64,000 nucleotides of DNA from Lingula anatina (taxonomy: Eukaryota; Animalia; Brachiopoda): positions 23,360,225 to 23,424,224 of the forward strand of contig CM120640.1 of the NCBI GenBank assembly GCA_051362555.1. The letters run 5' to 3'. Below the pieces are notes generated by a model. That model did no database searches. It saw only the letters and a list, made by a program, of their open reading frames with translations, and had not been told where the DNA came from. The translations under genes and the position numbers were made by a program. Each line of letters begins with the position of its first letter. The first letter of the stretch is position 1. This document shows positions 62,209 through 64,000 of the stretch, one piece after another.

Positions 62209-62408
62209 GATGACAAATGGATATTTCCTGTCAAAATTCAAGTTACAGGCATCATAAATAAAGCAACTTTTCCATGTATGTACTATAAAGCATTCTGCCA
62301 TATATATATATGTATATGGCAGAATGCTTTATAGTACATACATGGAAAAGTTGCTTTATTTATGATGCCTGTAACTTGAATTTTGACAGGAAATATCCAT
62401 TTGTCATC
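62209..62408. repeat. 200-bp near-perfect palindrome with (TA)n centre
   Basis: GATGACAAATGG...GCCATATA and TATATGGC...CCATTTGTCATC. There is no spacer, and I found a single mismatch (62305/62312). Confidence 0.95.
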
Positions 62409-63397
62409 GAGACACTGAGATGAAATATTGATTTGTTTGGTGCCTCATCTCAGTGCAATCTGTGCCGAAAAGATCCATGGCACTTGCAGGGAAGAAATGT
62501 AATCTCATGTAATCTGTGGAATGAATGAGAGCACAGATTGATTTTTTTACGCACTCTGTATACAGTAGTTAAGTATAGGCTGTTGGGCAGCGGATGTTGT
62601 TAAGCTATTTTTGGGCAATGAATTGTTCAGTTTCTTGAGTGCTATTGCTAGTGGGCCCAATGCCACAGCCAGGAATACCACCACAAACTTGTTTTTCATT
62701 AAGTCACATTCAGCTCTGATATTTTCTAGTTTCAATTTTTTTAAGCACTGTCTACCCAAATTAAGTTTTTGCTAATTTACTTTAAATTGTTACAACCATA
62801 ATGGTTCATTGTTATGATATGTACCTCTCCTTGCAGTATCCTGAGATCTTTTACATATGTCATGTGGGATACATGTAGAAGTAGTTTGAGGATCGATGCA
62901 TCTGTACTTTCATATTAAGATTTTGATTGTGGAAGCACCAAAAGGGCTTCTGCATCTTGTAAGGACTGAGAATGTATTTATTAGGGTGTTGTAGTTTTTT
63001 TCCTACATTCAGTAGGTAGTGGGTCATACATAAACATTGCAGTTATTTGTTTGAAACACTGAATTTGTCACACTGAAGTGTAATGATAATTATCTGTGAT
63101 AAAATAAACATTAGGGTTAGCCTTATTACTGTCAGACGGCTTGTAGAGATAACTTGGACGAGCTCTTGCATGTGCCATTACCACTGTTGAAGTATATAAG
63201 TATGCAGTATACCTTGAAACACAATTTATAATCACTTTTTAATAGGTGTGGTCTTTTTAATGGTAAGTCTTTAGTTGTTCCTTTATTCTTTTTTTTCTCA
63301 AACATGCAGTAAAAATGCTTTTGACTCACAAATTTTAGAATGTTTTTTAAGGTAAAGGCCAGGCACTCCCGAGGTGAGAACATTTCCACCATGGCAC

Positions 63398-63398
<1 letters not shown>

Positions 63399-63460
<62 letters not shown>
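63399..63460. repeat. (GT)31 microsatellite
   Basis: Uninterrupted GT run. Confidence 0.95.
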
Positions 63461-63463
<3 letters not shown>

Positions 63464-64000
63464 TAAGGGGGGGGGTTTAAACAAACATCTTTTAAGATTA
63501 AAAAATCTTTTTAGTTAGGCAATGGTGTATATATGGATCTACAGCTGAACTCGGTGTGCTCAGTTGTGAGGCATGAAACCTGTTTCACTATGAGTGCAGA
63601 GAATATTAGATTAGATGGAAAAAAGGGAAAAAACAACTGCACATACTTAGTAAACAGTCTGTTCTGATCATATGTCACATAATCCTGTTTCACCAGTGTA
63701 TATGCGTTTTTACCACCAAATGGTGTCAGATCATCTTTCTCTAATGTTTTCTAATGGTACACAATAAAAGTCGTCGATTCAAAAGGAACTATATTGGAAA
63801 AAGGCATACCTGTATCACTGTATTACACACTGAATCTGATTGGCATACTTGTGACTAAGACCAGCTGTATTGTCATTTTTATTGTTTAAAAGGTACACAT
63901 TTGGTCCTGTAGTTGCCTTACAAAAAAAAAAAAAAGTGATAATATTAATAATAAAAATGATAATAATGACAATAATTATCATCCTCGTTCCTATTTCTAT

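Noticed and set aside
57600-64000. Short ORFs of 60-86 aa
   Set aside because: They have AT-rich random composition, no recognisable homology and no consistent splice sites.

Overview
This is AT-rich, intron-containing animal genomic DNA, probably from a marine invertebrate bilaterian (inferred from short introns, MITE and Helentron-type repeats, and mosaic CpG depletion). It holds eight protein-coding genes in mostly alternating orientation: MYORG-like GH31 (-), ZFR (+), UPF1 (-), GLD-2/TENT2 (+), an intronless JNK-derived kinase-fold gene (-), a 113-aa unknown gene (+), HPS1 (+) and DBNL/Abp1 (-). About 6.5 kb of non-coding DNA follows. The main observations are: (1) a JNK-like pseudokinase with a C-terminal SOCS-box-like motif, a candidate new Elongin BC/cullin substrate adaptor; (2) a MYORG paralogue that lacks both catalytic aspartates; (3) tandem-duplicated, phase-matched, probably mutually exclusive exons in ZFR; (4) U12-type introns in UPF1 and HPS1, the UPF1 one mostly filled by a ~300-bp foldback; (5) a 200-bp near-perfect palindrome; and (6) several MITEs. 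Gene models were assembled by eye from splice signals and from remembered protein homology, and no database searches were run.
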